DNA from: an uncultured Rivularia sp.
GTDB taxonomy: Bacteria; Cyanobacteriota; Cyanobacteriia; Cyanobacteriales; Nostocaceae
NCBI GenBank assembly: GCA_963665115.1
Contig: OY762007.1
Coordinates: 7,296,001-7,360,000, forward strand
Length of the DNA: 64,000 bases
Reading direction: 5' to 3'
Part shown: positions 10,826-21,365 of the stretch, piece after piece
Position numbering within the stretch: position 1 is the first letter of the stretch
Layout: each line of letters begins with the position of its first letter
Notes under the pieces: generated by a model
Databases searched by the model: none
Told to the model about the DNA's origin: nothing
The model's input: only the letters and a program-made list of their open reading frames with translations
Made by a program: the position numbers and the translations under genes

Positions 10826-10953
10826 TAAGTTGTTACGCATTTAATTTGTATAAGACTAGCGAGCAAGATGTATGTCCTTACGGACACGCTACGCTAACGC
10901 ACTACAATATTTTTGCGGTTTCGCATTATACAATTTAGCTGCACATCAGCTTA
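10826..10953. mobile_element. MITE with TA ends; inverted copy at 41599-41701; carries a nested small repeat at 10871-10897
   Basis: Imperfect TIRs TAAGTTGTTACGCATTTAATTTGTATA / TATACAATTTAGCTGCACATCAGCTTA. Confidence 0.75.
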
Positions 10954-11106
10954 TGAGCCTGGGAATTTATTCCAAGGCGGATTCGGTTATCAGTGATTAT
11001 TTACTCTAATACTCGTACTCCCTTCCGGCTCTAAGATTATTTGTAAAAATTATCTACCCACTCTTCCCCCTCTACCCCCTCTACCCACTCTACCCACTCT
11101 TTCCCA

Positions 11107-11175
11107 CGCCACTTGCTATCTCCTTGCGGAGACGCTCCGCTAACAACCGTCGTGTTCCTCGGCAACGCAGTGGCT
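11107..11175 (+). repeat. Dispersed hairpin repeat GCCACTTGCTA..GCAACGCAGTGGCT; uninterrupted copy at 12725-12767; this copy has a nested insert at 11117-11143
   Basis: Comparison of the two copies. Confidence 0.65.
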
Positions 11176-11597
11176 CCTCTTCCCCCTCTCATTCCACTGC
11201 TCGCTGTTAACTGTTAACTGAATAACTGTCTTTAGACTGATGCAAATTTTCAACTCTTCGACATATGTCAGGCTATAGACATAAATGTCTATAATGCTGT
11301 AAAAGTCAATATATTTTTACTAAAATAAATATATGTATCCTGATACCCTATATTTTTACTTGCAGATTAAGGAAAATAAATTTAATTTCTAAGGTTTATC
11401 TAGATGCTATTTATATATTTGTGTTTTTGCAGGGACACAAATAACCGCTTATTCAACTAATTTTATTGGTGCATCATACTTTTCTTTTTTTAGCAGTATA
11501 AACTTATCCGATCAATTCGCATTCCTTAGATAAAACTCTCTTGCTCTGTTTAAGTAAGTGGGTTGTTTTCGCTATGCCAACACGATAGGAATATCCT

Positions 11598-12509
11598 ATG
11601 CAAGACAATATTACAACAACAAAATCTATTGAAAATAAAAAGAGTCATCAAGTTAAAGAAATTGCTTTTCTGATCGGTAGAGTTAGAAGCGGCATTTGGC
11701 TGTTTGGTATTCCTTCTTGGCTGTTTGGTATTGGCGACAGAAGTTTTGCTGCGTTTGCTGACGGTTATGTATCTGTAATTGAAGTTGTACAGCTATTTAC
11801 AGCTTCTTTATTCTTTGCTAGCTGGCTGTTTTTAAGACCAGAAAATTCCCTGGATAATCATGAACTCACCGCTTTACAAGGAAACCTCTGCAATAATCTG
11901 GGTTTAAAGTCTGATTTGAAGCAAAGGTATATGATAAGTCAAGAATATATATTACCTTTTCCTTATATTTGCCAAATTTATCATTTATTAAATTTAAAGC
12001 ATTTAGAAAGCATTCACCACTTTAGTTTAAATAATCTGAAAGTTGTCAATATCGGTGATTTTCAGCTTACAGAGAATGGTGGAACTATTAAATTCCAAAC
12101 TATGCTGGATTCTCCTTTTAATCCTTTACGAATTTGGAGACAGCCTACTGTAGAGGTAGATTTAATTTTGCACAATCCCTATACGGTAGAATTAAGTATT
12201 CCAGTTTATAATCAAAGAAGAATAACTGTAATCTTTCATGCCGTTCCTTTGAATGAAAACGAGCATTATTTCTTTATTGATATTTACAGCGATTTAGAAT
12301 GGTTTAAACCATTTTTACAGTTATTATTACACTTTGCTTCTTGCTTAACTTTGTTTGAAGATTTACCTTATTTACGCAATCTCGCGGAAAAAAATAGAGA
12401 TAGCTTGCTTAAGTTAGGCAGAGTTTCTAATTGTAAAAGTATGTCGCTCTATAGAAGATTTATTGAATTATATGGAGCGAGTTTGAATAATTATCCGATG
12501 CTTAATTAA
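11598..12509 (+). CDS. Hypothetical membrane-anchored protein, possible non-heme-iron oxygenase catalytic domain
   Basis: Two N-terminal hydrophobic helices; HLLNLKHLESIH and LFEDLPYL motifs. Confidence 0.75.
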   Translation: MQDNITTTKSIENKKSHQVKEIAFLIGRVRSGIWLFGIPSWLFGIGDRSFAAFADGYVSVIEVVQLFTASLFFASWLFLRPENSLDNHELTALQGNLCNNLGLKSDLKQRYMISQEYILPFPYICQIYHLLNLKHLESIHHFSLNNLKVVNIGDFQLTENGGTIKFQTMLDSPFNPLRIWRQPTVEVDLILHNPYTVELSIPVYNQRRITVIFHAVPLNENEHYFFIDIYSDLEWFKPFLQLLLHFASCLTLFEDLPYLRNLAEKNRDSLLKLGRVSNCKSMSLYRRFIELYGASLNNYPMLN

Positions 12510-12513
12510 GATA

Positions 12514-12683
12514 ATTGGGGATTGGGCATGGGGCATAGGGGATTGGTAATTGGTAATTAGGAATTGGGGATTGGGCATGGGGCATAGGGGATTGGTAATT
12601 GGTAATTGGTAATTGGTAATTAGGAATTGGGGATTGGGCATGGGGCATAGGGGATTGGTAATTGATAATTGATAATTGGTAAT
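12514..12683. repeat. Composite STRR heptamer tract (GGGGATT/GGGCATG/TTGGTAA), higher-order unit repeated three times
   Basis: Visible tandem repeats between convergent genes. Confidence 0.9.
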
Positions 12684-12787
12684 CGTTAGGAGCTATCTTC
12701 CCCTTGTCTCCCCCCTTCGGGTTGCGCCACTTGCTACAACGGAGGGAACCTCCGCAACGCAGTGGCTTACCATCTCCCCATCTCTCC

Positions 12788-14461
12788 CTACGCTCTTGCT
12801 AACAACGGTGCGGCGGCGAGCAAGGTTTTAGTATAAGGATGCTGGGGATTGCCGAAAATTTCTTGTGTTGCTCCTAGCTCGACGATTTTACCACCGTGCA
12901 TGACGGCGATTCTGTCGCACAAAAATCTGGCTAACCATAAGTCGTGGGTAATGAATAAGTAAGTTAACTCAAATTCTTCTTTTAAATCCAACATCAAATC
13001 TAAAACTTGCGACTGTACGCTGGCATCTAACATACTTACAGGCTCGTCGCAAATGACTAGTTTTGGACGGGTGATTAAAGCACGGGCGATCGCCACTCTT
13101 TGTTGTTGCCCGCCAGATAAGTCGGAGGGATAACGTTGATAGTACATCTCTGATGGGTTTAATCCGACTTTATCGAGCATCCACAATACTTGCTCTTTTG
13201 CTGCTCCGGCATCGGCTAGATGATGGATAATTAACGGATCGGCGATGTTTTGTCCCACTGTCATTGTCGGATTTAAACAAGCGTGGGGATCTTGAAATAT
13301 CATCTGCATTTGTCGTCTTTCGGAGCGTACTTGTTTGCGCGACAAACTGGTTAATTCTTTACCTAAAAATTTAACTTTCCCGCCGGTGGGACGAATTAAT
13401 TGCAATATTGTCCGCGACAAGGTGCTTTTTCCACAGCCAGATTCGCCAACTAATCCGAGAATTTCTCCTGAATATAGTTCTAAGTCGATCCCGTCTACTG
13501 CTTTAATAGTTTGTCCTTGCCCTTTAAATATTCTTTCAATAAAGTTTGGTTCAATAGTATAGTGCTGCTTTAATTCTTTGATTGCCAGCAATGGCGTGAC
13601 GTTGGATGAGTTTTTGTTGAGACTGCTTGGTAATTCTGCTGCTGTATCTGCGTTACCATCTTCGGAAAATGTTTGTATGTGCAATGCTGCTTGTAAAAGC
13701 GAACGGGTATATTCGTGCTGCGGATTTTGAAATACTTCCTTGGATAAACCAGTTTCTACCATCTTTCCTTGGAACATTACCCCAATGCGATCGCAATATT
13801 CGGCAACCATTGCTAAGTCGTGGGATATCAGCAATAATCCCATGTTTTCTTCGGCGCACAATCTGGTTAATTCTTGCAAAATTTGGGCGGAAACGGTGAC
13901 ATCTAAACTAGTTGTCGGTTCGTCGGCAATAATTAATTTGGGATTTAATAATAAAGCTAAAGCGATTGCAACTCGCTGACGCATTCCACCGCTAAATTCG
14001 TGGGGATACTGACTCCATCTTTCCGGGGGAATGTTTACTTTTTGTAAAGTGGCGATCGCCTTTTCTTTTGCCTGTAAGTTGGATAGTTGTGGTGAATGGG
14101 CTTTGAGTGTTTCGAGACAGTGATTGCCAATTGTCATCAATGGATCTAAGCGCGTCATCGGGTCTTGAAATATTAATGCTACCGCTTCCCCGCGAAATTT
14201 ACGCAGTTGTTCGGCTGTCATATCAAATACAGGTCGTCCTTGAAACATTACCTGCCCCTCTATGCGTGTAGATTCGGGTAGCAGTCGCATCCCGGCACGT
14301 CCCAAAGTGGATTTACCGCAACCAGACTCTCCGACTAATCCCATCCTCTCACCCGGTTGCAGAGTGAAAGATACATCATCAACTGCCCATTGTTCCTCTT
14401 CCGTGCTGCTCGTTGCATAACCTACACGGAGGTTTTCAATCGATAATAAAACATCATTCAT
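12788..14461 (-). CDS. Peptide/nickel ABC transporter ATP-binding protein with two ATPase domains
   Basis: Two GESGCGKS Walker A motifs, FSGGMRQR and LSGGQQQR, PQHPYT. Confidence 0.93.
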   Translation of the reverse strand: MNDVLLSIENLRVGYATSSTEEEQWAVDDVSFTLQPGERMGLVGESGCGKSTLGRAGMRLLPESTRIEGQVMFQGRPVFDMTAEQLRKFRGEAVALIFQDPMTRLDPLMTIGNHCLETLKAHSPQLSNLQAKEKAIATLQKVNIPPERWSQYPHEFSGGMRQRVAIALALLLNPKLIIADEPTTSLDVTVSAQILQELTRLCAEENMGLLLISHDLAMVAEYCDRIGVMFQGKMVETGLSKEVFQNPQHEYTRSLLQAALHIQTFSEDGNADTAAELPSSLNKNSSNVTPLLAIKELKQHYTIEPNFIERIFKGQGQTIKAVDGIDLELYSGEILGLVGESGCGKSTLSRTILQLIRPTGGKVKFLGKELTSLSRKQVRSERRQMQMIFQDPHACLNPTMTVGQNIADPLIIHHLADAGAAKEQVLWMLDKVGLNPSEMYYQRYPSDLSGGQQQRVAIARALITRPKLVICDEPVSMLDASVQSQVLDLMLDLKEEFELTYLFITHDLWLARFLCDRIAVMHGGKIVELGATQEIFGNPQHPYTKTLLAAAPLLARA

Positions 14462-15049
14462 AGTTATTAATTAGTCCTATTAGTTATTAGAAATAAAAAG
14501 AGCATATTGCACTTTCGTAACAAATAGATATTCGTGTTACTATTGTTCCTCTGTTTACCGTTACCGGTTCCCTTTATTGATTAAAATTTTTTATACTTTA
14601 CCAGATTTGCTTTATAAAGCTTGTTACTTGAATCTAACCAGTTCTGTAAATGTAACAGAGGTATTATCGACTACACTTGAGCGCATCAAACGAAAAACAT
14701 CTTACTCACATAAATTGATTGGCCTGCGCTGAATGTCATATCGTAAAAAAACAAAAAATAGCGCCTTCATCTAATCCTTTTAACTTAATTCGCCAGAAAT
14801 AACCGACTGACAACTAATTCCCAAGGGCATAATATAAAATACTTCTATATGAGTATGACCCATTTGCCAAAAAATCGAGGAAAAATGTTAATATCAACTT
14901 GAAAGCTAAACACCACTCTACAAGTAGAAGTGCTGAAAAAATATAGAAGCCAATACTAAACTTTTACAGCAGTTTTCTTTTTCACAAGGAAAAATCATCT
15001 GTAGAATAATGTTATTGGTTATTTTTGATGCTTTCTGCTTATTCAGTTT

Positions 15050-15406
15050 TCATTCGTCATCTGCTACTTTATCCATCTTTAGAATGGCATCGCAGTATCC
15101 AATCAGGGTTGTTAAACGTTCGCTTAGAGCATCTATTCTGCCTTTAATAGTGGAAGCTTGTCGCGCTCCTTGAAAAAACATTATATCTATTTGTAATAAC
15201 CGTAACTGTTTGCTCATTTCGGTCTGATAAGACTGCTCTGTGGGATATTGAGTAGTCAAAGGTACGATATCGGCACGGAAAAAGCTTTGCAAAGATGCCA
15301 TACTCTGGCGCAGTTCGGAAGCGTTGGTTAAATTAGAAGAGATATCGGCACGCAATTGTTGCAATAAGCTTTTAAATGCACGATATTTCTGCTTGTTGAG
15401 AGACAT
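15050..15406 (-). CDS. patD: Heterocyst frequency control protein PatD-like
   Basis: SYQTEMSKQLRLLQIDIMFFQGARQ motif; divergent from relA/spoT. Confidence 0.75.
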   Translation of the reverse strand: MSLNKQKYRAFKSLLQQLRADISSNLTNASELRQSMASLQSFFRADIVPLTTQYPTEQSYQTEMSKQLRLLQIDIMFFQGARQASTIKGRIDALSERLTTLIGYCDAILKMDKVADDE

Positions 15407-15702
15407 AGTAATGATTATTGAGATAGTATTAATGTCAAGAATTTTATCTCATACAATAATTTAATCTTTAAAAATTAATTTTTCCACAGCCGCCTCAAGT
15501 GAAGCATTGAGGCTTTATTTGCCGTTACTCTTTTAGAACAATTATGATGCGGAACACTTATTCGATGAAAAAAACATTGCTAGCTGAAAACAAACCTTTT
15601 AAATTAGCTAATTTATCCTTAATAATGAAAGCGGCATCGCAAAAACAGCAATGTCGTTTGCGCCGTCCAACTTCCCTCGATACAAAACCCCCTTGCTTGC
15701 AC

Positions 15703-17968
15703 ATGAACACTACAGTTGTAGATTCTAAGATTGATATTCCTCTTCCGGAATGGTTAGAAGATTGTTTAAATGCAACATCCGCTCAAGATGGAGAAAACGA
15801 TCCCAATTATGCGGATAAAGATTTAATTAGTCGAGCATTCAAATTTGCTTACAACCTCCATGAAGGACAGATGCGTAAATCAGGGGAACCATATATTTGT
15901 CATCCCGTTGCTGTTGCGGGAATACTCAGGGATTTAGGAGGCAGCCCTGTTATGATAGCAGCTGGATTTTTACATGATGTAGTTGAAGATACAGAAATTA
16001 CAATTGAACAAATAGAAGAACTGTTTGGGGAAGAGGTAAGACGTTTAGTTGAAGGGGTAACTAAGCTTTCTAAAATTAATTTTAAAAGTAAAACAGAAAG
16101 TCAAGCAGAGAACTTTCGCAGAATGTTTCTGGCTATGGCGCAGGATATTCGCGTCATCGTTGTAAAATTGGCAGATCGCTTGCATAATATGCGGACTTTG
16201 GAAGCAATGCCAGAACATAAGCGCCGCAGCAAAGCTTTGGAAACTAGAGAAATCTTTGCTCCTTTAGCCAATCGTTTGGGAATTTGGCACGTCAAATGGG
16301 AATTGGAAGATTTAGCCTTTAAATATCTCGAAACCGATGCTTTCCGTCAAATGCAGCAGCTAGTTACTGATAAACGAGCAGCGAGAGAAGAGAGATTAAC
16401 CAACGTAACTAATACTTTGCGTTCTCGTTTAAAAGAGGCTGAAATTGACTGCAAGGATTTATCAGGTCGTCCCAAGCATCTATATAGTATTTATCAAAAG
16501 ATGCACCGCCAAAATAAAGAATTTCACGAAATTTTCGATTTAGCGGCACTGCGGATTATTGTAAATACCAACGAAGAATGCTATCGCGCTTTAGCGTTGG
16601 TTCACGATGCTTTTCGTCCGATTCCTGGTAGATTTAAAGACTATATTGGACTTCCTAAACCCAACCGTTATCAATCATTGCACACTGGGGTAATCGGTCC
16701 GTGGGGGCCGTCCAATGGAAGTCCAAATCCGCACTTTGGAAATGCATCGTATTGCCGAGTACGGCATAGCAGCCCATTGGATATACAAGGAAAGTGGTGG
16801 TTCTAATAATACTCAAATGACCGCAGCTTCGGAGAAATTTACCTGGCTGCGACAGTTATTAGAATGGCAAAACGACCTCAAAGACGCTCAAGAATATTTA
16901 GAAAGCATCAAAGATAATCTTTTTGAAGACGATATTTATGTTTTTACGCCCAAAGGCGATTTAGTAGCCTTAAGTCCGAATTCAACCACGGTGGATTTTG
17001 CCTATCGCATTCATACCGAAGTAGGCAACCATTGCGCTGGAGCTAAAGTTAACGGCAGAATGGTACCGCTTTCTACCAACTTAGATAATGGTGATATTGT
17101 CGAAATTGTAACTCAGAAAAATAGTCATCCCAGCTTAGACTGGTTGAATTTTGCCGCTACTTCAGCCGCTAAAAATCGCATCAAGCAATGGTATAAGCGT
17201 TCGCGCCGGGAAGAAAATATCGCCAGGGGTAAAGAACTATTAGAAAAAGATTTAGGTAAAGCTGGTTTTGAAAGCTTACTCAAATCCCAACCAATGCAAG
17301 CAGTTGCAGATAAATGCAACTACCACAGCGTTGAAGACTTGCTTGCGGCTTTAGGTTACGGTGAAATTACCTTGAACTTAGTGTTAAATCGGTGGAGAGA
17401 AATAGTTAAAGAACAACAACCTATAGATACAGATTTGGATGAAGTTCTTACTAATTTACCAACTTCTACACCAAAAGCATTACGAGAAGGAAACACCACT
17501 CGCAAGAGCGATTCGCCAATCATTGGTGTAGAAGGATTAATGTATTACGTTGCAGGTTGCTGTACTCCCATTCCAGGAGAATCCATTATTGGTGTAGTCA
17601 CCCGAAGCAGGGGAATTTCTATCCATCGTCAAGGATGTGATAACTTAAAAAATACAGGTTGCGAGCGTTTAGTACCTGTTAGCTGGAATAACAGCGAAGA
17701 AATCAAGCATCGTCCTCAAAGTTATAGTGTCAACGTACAGATTGAAGCTTTAGATCGCGTTGGAGTTTTCAAAGATATTCTATCTCGGTTAAGCGACCAA
17801 AAAATCAACGTTTCTCATGCCAATGTCAAAACCGCCATTAATCAACCGGCATTAATAGACTTGGGAATAGAAGTTTCTGATAAAAACCAATTAGAACAAG
17901 TCTTTAATCAAATCAAAAAAATGAGCGATATTCTTAATATCCATCGTCAAGGGCAAGTGGAGGAGTAA
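15703..17968 (+). CDS. relA: Bifunctional (p)ppGpp synthetase/hydrolase RelA/SpoT, split by a +1 frameshift at 16703-16707
   Basis: RKSGEPYICHP, LHDVVED, KLADRLHNMRT, YQSLHT, EVQIRT, TGS domain (DFAYRIHTEVG), CC and ACT domains. Removing one G restores GPWGRPMEVQIRT. Confidence 0.93.
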
Positions 17969-18012
17969 AAGATTTTGGATTTTGGTTAAAAAGACATACA
18001 GCATTTTGTAGA

Positions 18013-18116
18013 TACAGCACTTTGCAGGTATAGGTATATGAGGTACATTTTCCTACTCCCTACTCCCTACTCCCTCTAGAAACGATGTGTACCTCACTTA
18101 AATGAAATCTGCTGTA
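18013..18116. mobile_element. MITE with TA ends and internal (CCCTACT)n; second copy at 40548-40680
   Basis: TIRs TACAGCA..TGAGGTACA / TGTACCTCA..TGCTGTA; near-identical copy 22.5 kb away. Confidence 0.8.
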
Positions 18117-18296
18117 AATGAGGTACGCCCCGCCCTCACCCTGTCCTATTCGGACATCCCTCTCCCAATTTTGGGAGAAGGAAAGGGATATTCAAAACAA
18201 AAACATCCGTTGTTGAAATCTAAAATCCAAAATTGATTGACGATTTGCAAGCAGTGTATAAAATAGAGCATACATATATTCTGCTAGGAGCATTGC

Positions 18297-19013
18297 ATGA
18301 GTCGTAGTAATGTATTAAGAACAATTGCAACTATTATTATCGCGACGCTTTCTGTTTCCTGTAATGCTATTGATAAAACTAAAGAACAGTCGCAAGCCAC
18401 AGCACAGCAGACTCCCCAGCCAAGTATTATTTACGGCGATTTAATTATCAAAAAAGAATCAGATTATTTGATGATTCCAATTAGTATATTTCCAGATGCT
18501 AATCAAGCAGAAAAAAATGGAATAAGTCTATCTAGTGCTTCTTTTTCCCGTTCTTATAAAGATAGAAAAAGTATATATAATCTAATATTCTATTCTAAAA
18601 AAGATGCTTCTACAAATACTTTATTAGATAGAAAAGCCATTATTAAATCATTTGACTTAATCGAAAAAAAAGCAATAGGACAACCAGTAAAAAGATTTTG
18701 GCTGTATAGAATTATTGAAAAAGATACCAACGAAGACAATAAATTAGATTATCGAGATGCTACTATTGGATATTTTTCCGACTTATCGGGAAGAAACTTG
18801 CAGCAAATTACTCCAGACAACACGCAATTGAATAGTTGGAAAGTTGTACAAAGTACTGGTGCAATATTCCTCGAAATAACTAAAGACACAGACAACGATA
18901 AAAAGTTTGATACCAAAAGTTATATTCGAGTTAATTTAGATAACCCCGGTATCGGTAAAGAAATTATTAGCAATGACTTAGAAAATCAAATAAAATCTTA
19001 TATTGTTAAATAG
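18297..19013 (+). CDS. Hypothetical lipoprotein with Ca-binding-like DxNxD loops
   Basis: Signal peptide ending LSVSC; DTNEDNKLD and DTDNDKKFD. Confidence 0.8.
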   Translation: MSRSNVLRTIATIIIATLSVSCNAIDKTKEQSQATAQQTPQPSIIYGDLIIKKESDYLMIPISIFPDANQAEKNGISLSSASFSRSYKDRKSIYNLIFYSKKDASTNTLLDRKAIIKSFDLIEKKAIGQPVKRFWLYRIIEKDTNEDNKLDYRDATIGYFSDLSGRNLQQITPDNTQLNSWKVVQSTGAIFLEITKDTDNDKKFDTKSYIRVNLDNPGIGKEIISNDLENQIKSYIVK

Positions 19014-19055
19014 TTAACAATTATCAATTATCAATTATCAATTATCAATTACCAA

Positions 19056-19925
19056 TTACTCATTTACAGATACTGCTTTTTCACGACTGCGAAGAGTTAA
19101 AAAACCCGCACTGACAATAAATACAGCCCCTATAAGCGAATTTATATCCCATAATTCCTTCCAAAACAACCAGCCAATTAAAGCACCAAATATAACTGAA
19201 GAATAAGAAAAAATTCCTACTTGAGAAGCAGGTGCGGATGCATAAGCGCGAGTTGTTAATAATTGAACTACAGTACTGCAAATACCTACACCTATTAACA
19301 GTAGCCACTCCTTAGCAGTAGGAGTTTTCCAAGCCCAAGTTAAAGGTATAACCGATACCAAACTAGCAATAATCGCAAAATATAAAACTGTTCGGATAGC
19401 AGGTTCTGTAGCCGATAACTTACGTATAGTTACCATCGAAACTGAAGCTACAGCACTGCTTAATAAACCAATTAACATTATCCAATTGAAATCTGTACCA
19501 GGCTCCAAAATTAAGAATACACCGCAAAAACCGACGGCGATCGCCAAACGAGCTACAACCGAAATTTTCTCCTTCAACCAAGTAAAAGCAACCAAAGGAA
19601 TAAAGATTGGAATAGTCGATTTAAGCAACATTGCATTCGCTAATTGAATATTTCCTAAAACGAAAAACAAAGAATACATAGCCGTAACACCGCACAATCC
19701 CCGCACCAAATGCAAATGCAGCTTTTTAGTATGTATAATCGCCGTACCTTCGCGAGCAAAAATCGGCATCAAACTTAATAAACCAAACGCATTCCTAAAG
19801 AAAACAATCATTTCATTTGGTAAACCATCCGATGCCAACCGAATAATTACTCCATTCATTGTTAACATCAACTCCGCAGCAATAAGAAATATCGCTCCAC
19901 GGACAATACTTTGTTTGTAACCCAT
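19056..19925 (-). CDS. DMT/EamA family transporter
   Basis: About 10 TM helices; IVFFRN, AYASAPASQVGIFSYSSV. Confidence 0.9.
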   Translation of the reverse strand: MGYKQSIVRGAIFLIAAELMLTMNGVIIRLASDGLPNEMIVFFRNAFGLLSLMPIFAREGTAIIHTKKLHLHLVRGLCGVTAMYSLFFVLGNIQLANAMLLKSTIPIFIPLVAFTWLKEKISVVARLAIAVGFCGVFLILEPGTDFNWIMLIGLLSSAVASVSMVTIRKLSATEPAIRTVLYFAIIASLVSVIPLTWAWKTPTAKEWLLLIGVGICSTVVQLLTTRAYASAPASQVGIFSYSSVIFGALIGWLFWKELWDINSLIGAVFIVSAGFLTLRSREKAVSVNE

Positions 19926-20061
19926 GAAATAATTTTGGATTTAGTGGTTAGTGGTTAGTGGTTAGGAGTTAGGAGTTAGGAGTAATTAAGGCTAAAGGTT
20001 GATTTCCGATGCCCAATCCCCGATGCCCAATCCCCAATGCCCAATGCCCAATTCCCAATCT

Positions 20062-20992
20062 TCAAATAGATAAAACCCAATCTCGCAACAATGGATTTAA
20101 CTGCGAAGGTACTTCATCATGGGGACAATGGCCTGCTCGTAAATAGTATTCTGTTAATTGCGGATAATATTGACGATACTTTTGAGAACGTTCTTTGGCA
20201 TTCATCCAAGGATCGGCTTCTCCCCATAATAATAACAACGGACAAGTTAACTGCTGCAAAAGTACGTCTACTTTCTCTCCTTGAGGAGTACTAAATACAG
20301 AGCAAAATACATCAAAAGCACCTTCATCACCAGATGGACGACGGATTTCTTCTATTAATTGATCTGTAATTACACTTTTATCTAAATAGACTTTTTCTAG
20401 AGTTTGGCGAATTACCCAAGGTTGGCGAATGTATTGGAATAAAATAAATTGAGCCAAGGGTTGTTTAAAAATTAACTTTGCAAAATCGCCAAATAATTTC
20501 TGTAGCTTTTCATTTAATGGAGGTTCGATTTCTGATTGCAGTGCTTCGGGTTCAACTGTCGGCTCATCCTTACTAAAAGGGGCCTGCACTATTAAGCAAT
20601 ACCAAACCAGCAGCAGAATCAGGGCATTGCGCCGCTACACATAAACTTGCATAACCACCGAGGGAGTTACCAGCTAATACAGCTTTTTCACCAATAACTT
20701 CAGTGATAAAATCGCGTAATTGATCGCGCCATAAATCCCCACCGTACTGTAATTTGGGTTTTTCCGAACGTCCAAATCCTAAAAGATCGATGGCATAGAC
20801 TTCAAAATCGTTCAAAAGTTCGGCGATATTTTTGCGCCAATGATCTGTAGAAGCACCGAAACCATGCACTAATAATACAGGCGGACGTTGAGAATGTTTC
20901 TCCCCCGCTTTAACGTAGTAAACATTATGTCCGCGCCATTGCCAATATTTACCGGGAATCGGAGTTGTAGAATGAATTGTAGGGGCAAGCAT
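20062..20992 (-). CDS. Alpha/beta hydrolase, split by a +1 frameshift at 20579-20582
   Basis: LVHGFGAS, GNSLGG, WGEADPW, GHCPHDE. Removing one base restores NSAGPFSKDE. Confidence 0.9.
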
Positions 20993-21043
20993 TTTTAAGA
21001 TTTGTTAAGCGTATTCTAATTATTGTAATAGTAGTAAATAAAC

Positions 21044-21352
21044 TGGTACTCCACCAAAGGAACTATGCAGGGTTAAATAATCAGAAATTTTTTTCTTCCT
21101 CCGCCAATTTTGGGTTGGTGGAGTAGTAGTATTGCATTTCATTTGTTCTGACGGGTTGTAGAGACGTAGCAGTGCTACGTCTCCCGAAGGTTACGGGAAA
21201 AACGAACCCTTCAGAATTTATGCAATCAACTATTAGTAGTTCATTTCATTTGTTTTGATGGGTTTTACGTGCCGACTTTAGTCCCAAATCCAAGCGCTAA
21301 AGCGCCGACTACGAACCTTATTACCAATCAGAACTAATGAAAAGGAGTACCA
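21044..21352. mobile_element. Tandem array of three MITE-like elements joined at TAGTAG
   Basis: Each unit has terminal inverted repeats; units 2 and 3 recur in the 49034-49470 cluster. Confidence 0.65.
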
Positions 21353-21365
21353 CGAGCATATATCC

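Noticed and set aside
15544..17968. relA/spoT as two genes, a pseudogene or a programmed frameshift
   Set aside because: One extra G in a homopolymer with both halves otherwise intact; same pattern in other genes; most likely an assembly error
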